Positions 61,962 to 64,000 of a stretch of DNA of 64,000 bases are shown one piece after another. Below the pieces are notes generated by a model. That model saw nothing but the letters and a program-made list of their open reading frames with translations, did no database searches and was not told the origin of the DNA. A program made the translations under genes and the position numbers. Positions within the stretch are counted from its first letter, which is position 1. The number at the start of each line of letters is the position of its first letter. The stretch lies in IMG/VR virus record IMGVR_UViG_3300027793_000086; one strand, 5' to 3'. Origin of the DNA: an uncultured virus (IMG/VR IMGVR_UViG_3300027793_000086). Lineage: Duplodnaviria; Heunggongvirae; Uroviricota; Caudoviricetes.

Positions 61962-62446
61962 AGTACACCTCCGCAGCGAGCGCCACTAACAATTCTACTG
62001 ATGTGCGGCTGATTGACGGCAAAAATTTTGGCAAGCTGCGATTGGCTAAACTTTGCAAACTTGTACATTCCACGTATTTGCCGCACTTGCATGTCTGTTA
62101 GTTTTGACGCCCCATTTGCTTGCCCATAAAGCGGTCTACTACCACTTCTCCCTTTGGAAACCCTATCCGCAACATTATCTAGATTTGTTCCTAAAAACAA
62201 ATGCTTAGGATTGCAGCATTTCGGGTTATCACATTTGTGCAAAACATGCAGGGGGTTATCTAAGCTACCTAACAAACCAGCAAGCAAAGCTGCAACTCTT
62301 TGCGCCGCTCTTGCACCGGCAGATGTGTGCACCCAGCCATAACCTGAGCGCGTAAGTGCACCTGTCCACTCCCAGCAAACATCGTCGGTTTTCACCGCAA
62401 CTTTTGTCCAAAAGCGTTGCTCAAGCGGGGCGCACTTGCGGCTCAT
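61958..62446 (-). CDS. HNH homing endonuclease
   Basis: RFW.KV..CWEWTG, VLHKCDNPKCCNPKHL..GT..DN..D..KGR, C-terminal HTH; lower GC. Confidence 0.9.
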   Translation of the reverse strand: MSRKCAPLEQRFWTKVAVKTDDVCWEWTGALTRSGYGWVHTSAGARAAQRVAALLAGLLGSLDNPLHVLHKCDNPKCCNPKHLFLGTNLDNVADRVSKGRSGSRPLYGQANGASKLTDMQVRQIRGMYKFAKFSQSQLAKIFAVNQPHISRIVSGARCGGVL

Positions 62447-62447
62447 G

Positions 62448-62669
62448 TCAGATCACCTTGCACTTGCGAAGGCCACGCTGTTCGCAACCACCGCCCTTTA
62501 CAGAGCCGCCCTTGGCAAGTTTCCGGCCTTCGTGAGCCTTCATGCCCGCTTCGTTGGCCTTCTCTTGCTTCATGGCGTCCAGTTCTGCGCGGATGCCAGC
62601 AGGAGGTTTTTCGGGGTGGCGGCTTCTCAGTGACTTAACTTCGCGCTTAGATTCGGCTGCGTAGTCCAT
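62448..62669 (-). CDS. Small basic protein
   Basis: LAKGGSV..G....G.RK; RBS GAGGAG. Confidence 0.65.
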   Translation of the reverse strand: MDYAAESKREVKSLRSRHPEKPPAGIRAELDAMKQEKANEAGMKAHEGRKLAKGGSVKGGGCEQRGLRKCKVI

Positions 62670-62678
62670 GATTGCTCC

Positions 62679-62978
62679 TCAGCAGGCTTTGCCGCCCATT
62701 GCCATCTTGATCTTCGTGCCCTTGGTCTTGCCCTTGGACTCGATGCCGCCACCCTTGGCGTAGGCCATGCCGCCGCCCATCATCTTCTTGGCGGGCTTCT
62801 TCTTGTCGTCCTTCTTGCCCTTCATCAGGAAAGCAGGCATCGGCTTTTTCATTTCGGACTCCTTATGGGCCTTCGGCCCGACAAACTTCTCGGCAACGCT
62901 ACGGGGGATGCCTGTGCCCTTTGGATCTTTCAACGCAGCGTACATCAGACGCCGCTGAGCATCGGATTTAACTGGCAA
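62679..62978 (-). CDS. Small Lys/Met-rich protein
   Basis: TTG start (MPVKSDAQRRLM); YAKGG, KGKTKG, MAMGG. Confidence 0.65.
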   Translation of the reverse strand: MPVKSDAQRRLMYAALKDPKGTGIPRSVAEKFVGPKAHKESEMKKPMPAFLMKGKKDDKKKPAKKMMGGGMAYAKGGGIESKGKTKGTKIKMAMGGKAC

Positions 62979-63213
62979 CTTGCTTGCTCCGCAGAGTATC
63001 CAGCTTGGCTTCGATCCTGTCAAAGCGCTCCAGCAACTCTTTCATGTCAGCCCGGAACTCAGACCGTGTGATGTGGTCACGGGCAATCTCTTCCCGCGTG
63101 CGGTTGAGCAGGATGGAGATGCGGTCAAGCTCCCGGAATTTGGAAGACATGAAGAACGCCACTGCACCGATTAGGATGGTCAGGACGAGGTTCCAAAGTA
63201 TTGTGGCTTCCAT
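62968..63213 (-). CDS. Small membrane protein with coiled coil
   Basis: N-terminal TM helix, LLNRTREE.ARD...RFDRIEAKLD. Confidence 0.7.
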   Translation of the reverse strand: MEATILWNLVLTILIGAVAFFMSSKFRELDRISILLNRTREEIARDHITRSEFRADMKELLERFDRIEAKLDTLRSKQVAS

Positions 63214-63214
63214 C

Positions 63215-63469
63215 TCAACACTTCCATGCCCGCAGGCTTTTGTTGATACGAGAGTTTGGGTCTTTGGCTGTCTTCTCAGAAGTCAGCTTGTTCTTCATTC
63301 CGGTCATTCTGGCGCAGAATGACTTCTTGCGGGGGCCACCTTCGGGTTGGGGCGCTTTCAGCCCAGGCTTGCCGGGGTTGGCTTTGTTGTAGCTGGCACG
63401 GCCTTTGGCGTTTAGCCCGCCTGATTCTGCCTTGCCTTCCTTGCGCTGCCAAGCGAGTGACTTAGCCAT
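63215..63469 (-). CDS. DUF6321-like small basic protein
   Basis: WQRKEGK..GGLN.KG, R.KSFCARM.G, SRINKSLRAWKC. Confidence 0.75.
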   Translation of the reverse strand: MAKSLAWQRKEGKAESGGLNAKGRASYNKANPGKPGLKAPQPEGGPRKKSFCARMTGMKNKLTSEKTAKDPNSRINKSLRAWKC

Positions 63470-63470
63470 A

Positions 63471-63836
63471 TTAAGCCCACACGCGAAGGGGGGTTACGGG
63501 AGGTGGTGTTACCAAGAACACATCCAGCTCAGGCGCTGGGCCGATGTTGCGCACGTTGGCGTGGTAGCCCGTGTACGGCAGTGGCTTGTAGTTCTCAGGC
63601 ACCGGATCAGGCGCAGGCTCGTAGATCGTGCCGATCATGTCCACCGCAGTGAACTTGGGCGTCAGCGTCACGTTGCCTTCGTCGTCAGTGGCTGAGTCGT
63701 ACAGGACCGAATAGGCCTCTTCCTCATCAGCAAAAACAACCATGTAGTCGCAGTAGCCCTCGGTGACGATGGGCTCTGCTGGGGCTTCAGCAAGCACCTC
63801 GGGAGGTGCTTCTAGCGTGTCAACGGTGTCGGTCAT
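63471..63836 (-). CDS. Acidic fibre-associated (assembly) protein
   Basis: DY...F.DE, D.IG.IY, GYH.N.R, P.TP.RVWA; follows the fibre C-terminus. Confidence 0.65.
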   Translation of the reverse strand: MTDTVDTLEAPPEVLAEAPAEPIVTEGYCDYMVVFADEEEAYSVLYDSATDDEGNVTLTPKFTAVDMIGTIYEPAPDPVPENYKPLPYTGYHANVRNIGPAPELDVFLVTPPPVTPLRVWA

Positions 63837-64000
63837 TGTGTTATTGCCTGAAGAGTTGCGTTGGGTAGGCGTTGGTTGTAGTAGCTGATGGAGCGCAATC
63901 GCCCATTGATGTAGTTATTGTTTGAAAAACCATCAAAACCAAGCGCCACCAGAGTGCCCGCCCCTGCTGAAAAAGCCACGGTAGAAGTTACGGCAGTGCC
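63833..64000 (-). CDS. LamG-like fibre protein, 3' end (runs in from the right edge)
   Basis: Frame open from base 64000: ...YINGRLRSISYYNQRLPNATLQAITQ*. Confidence 0.7.
   Translation of the reverse strand, partial: GTAVTSTVAFSAGAGTLVALGFDGFSNNNYINGRLRSISYYNQRLPNATLQAITQ

Overview
This window looks like almost the whole genome (at least 64 kb, probably circularly permuted) of a tailed dsDNA phage with podovirus-like virion genes. The host is probably a Gram-negative proteobacterium; that is an inference. The minus-strand arm (11954 down to 1, continuing 64000 down to 37245) is the virion and lysis region. It holds the terminase subunits, portal, a GroES-like co-chaperonin, scaffold, a Mu gpT-like major capsid protein, head-tail adaptors, tail fibre/adhesin cassettes, holin, GH24 endolysin, ejection/pilot proteins and a 2137-aa polyvalent protein. 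The plus-strand arm (12320-37166) holds many small early genes, a MoxR-like AAA+ / vWA-metallopeptidase module and a replication module (PolA, exonucleases, SNF2 helicase, SSB-like protein, primase-helicase). Two free-standing homing endonuclease genes are inserted. I saw no integrase, tRNA, CRISPR array or reverse transcriptase. The most unusual signals are mostly non-coding: (1) a perfect sigma70 promoter followed by an rrn-type boxA and about 430 nt of highly structured non-coding sequence; (2) a candidate trans-acting sRNA with a seed complementary to a shared RBS motif of two replication-module genes; (3) further structured RNAs, repeated palindromic operators and an iteron/IHF origin-like locus; (4) TonB-box-like repeats in a putative ejected protein; (5) a recurrent hydrophobic-x-x-GG motif in internal virion proteins. 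All family assignments come from motif recognition by eye; no database searches were run.
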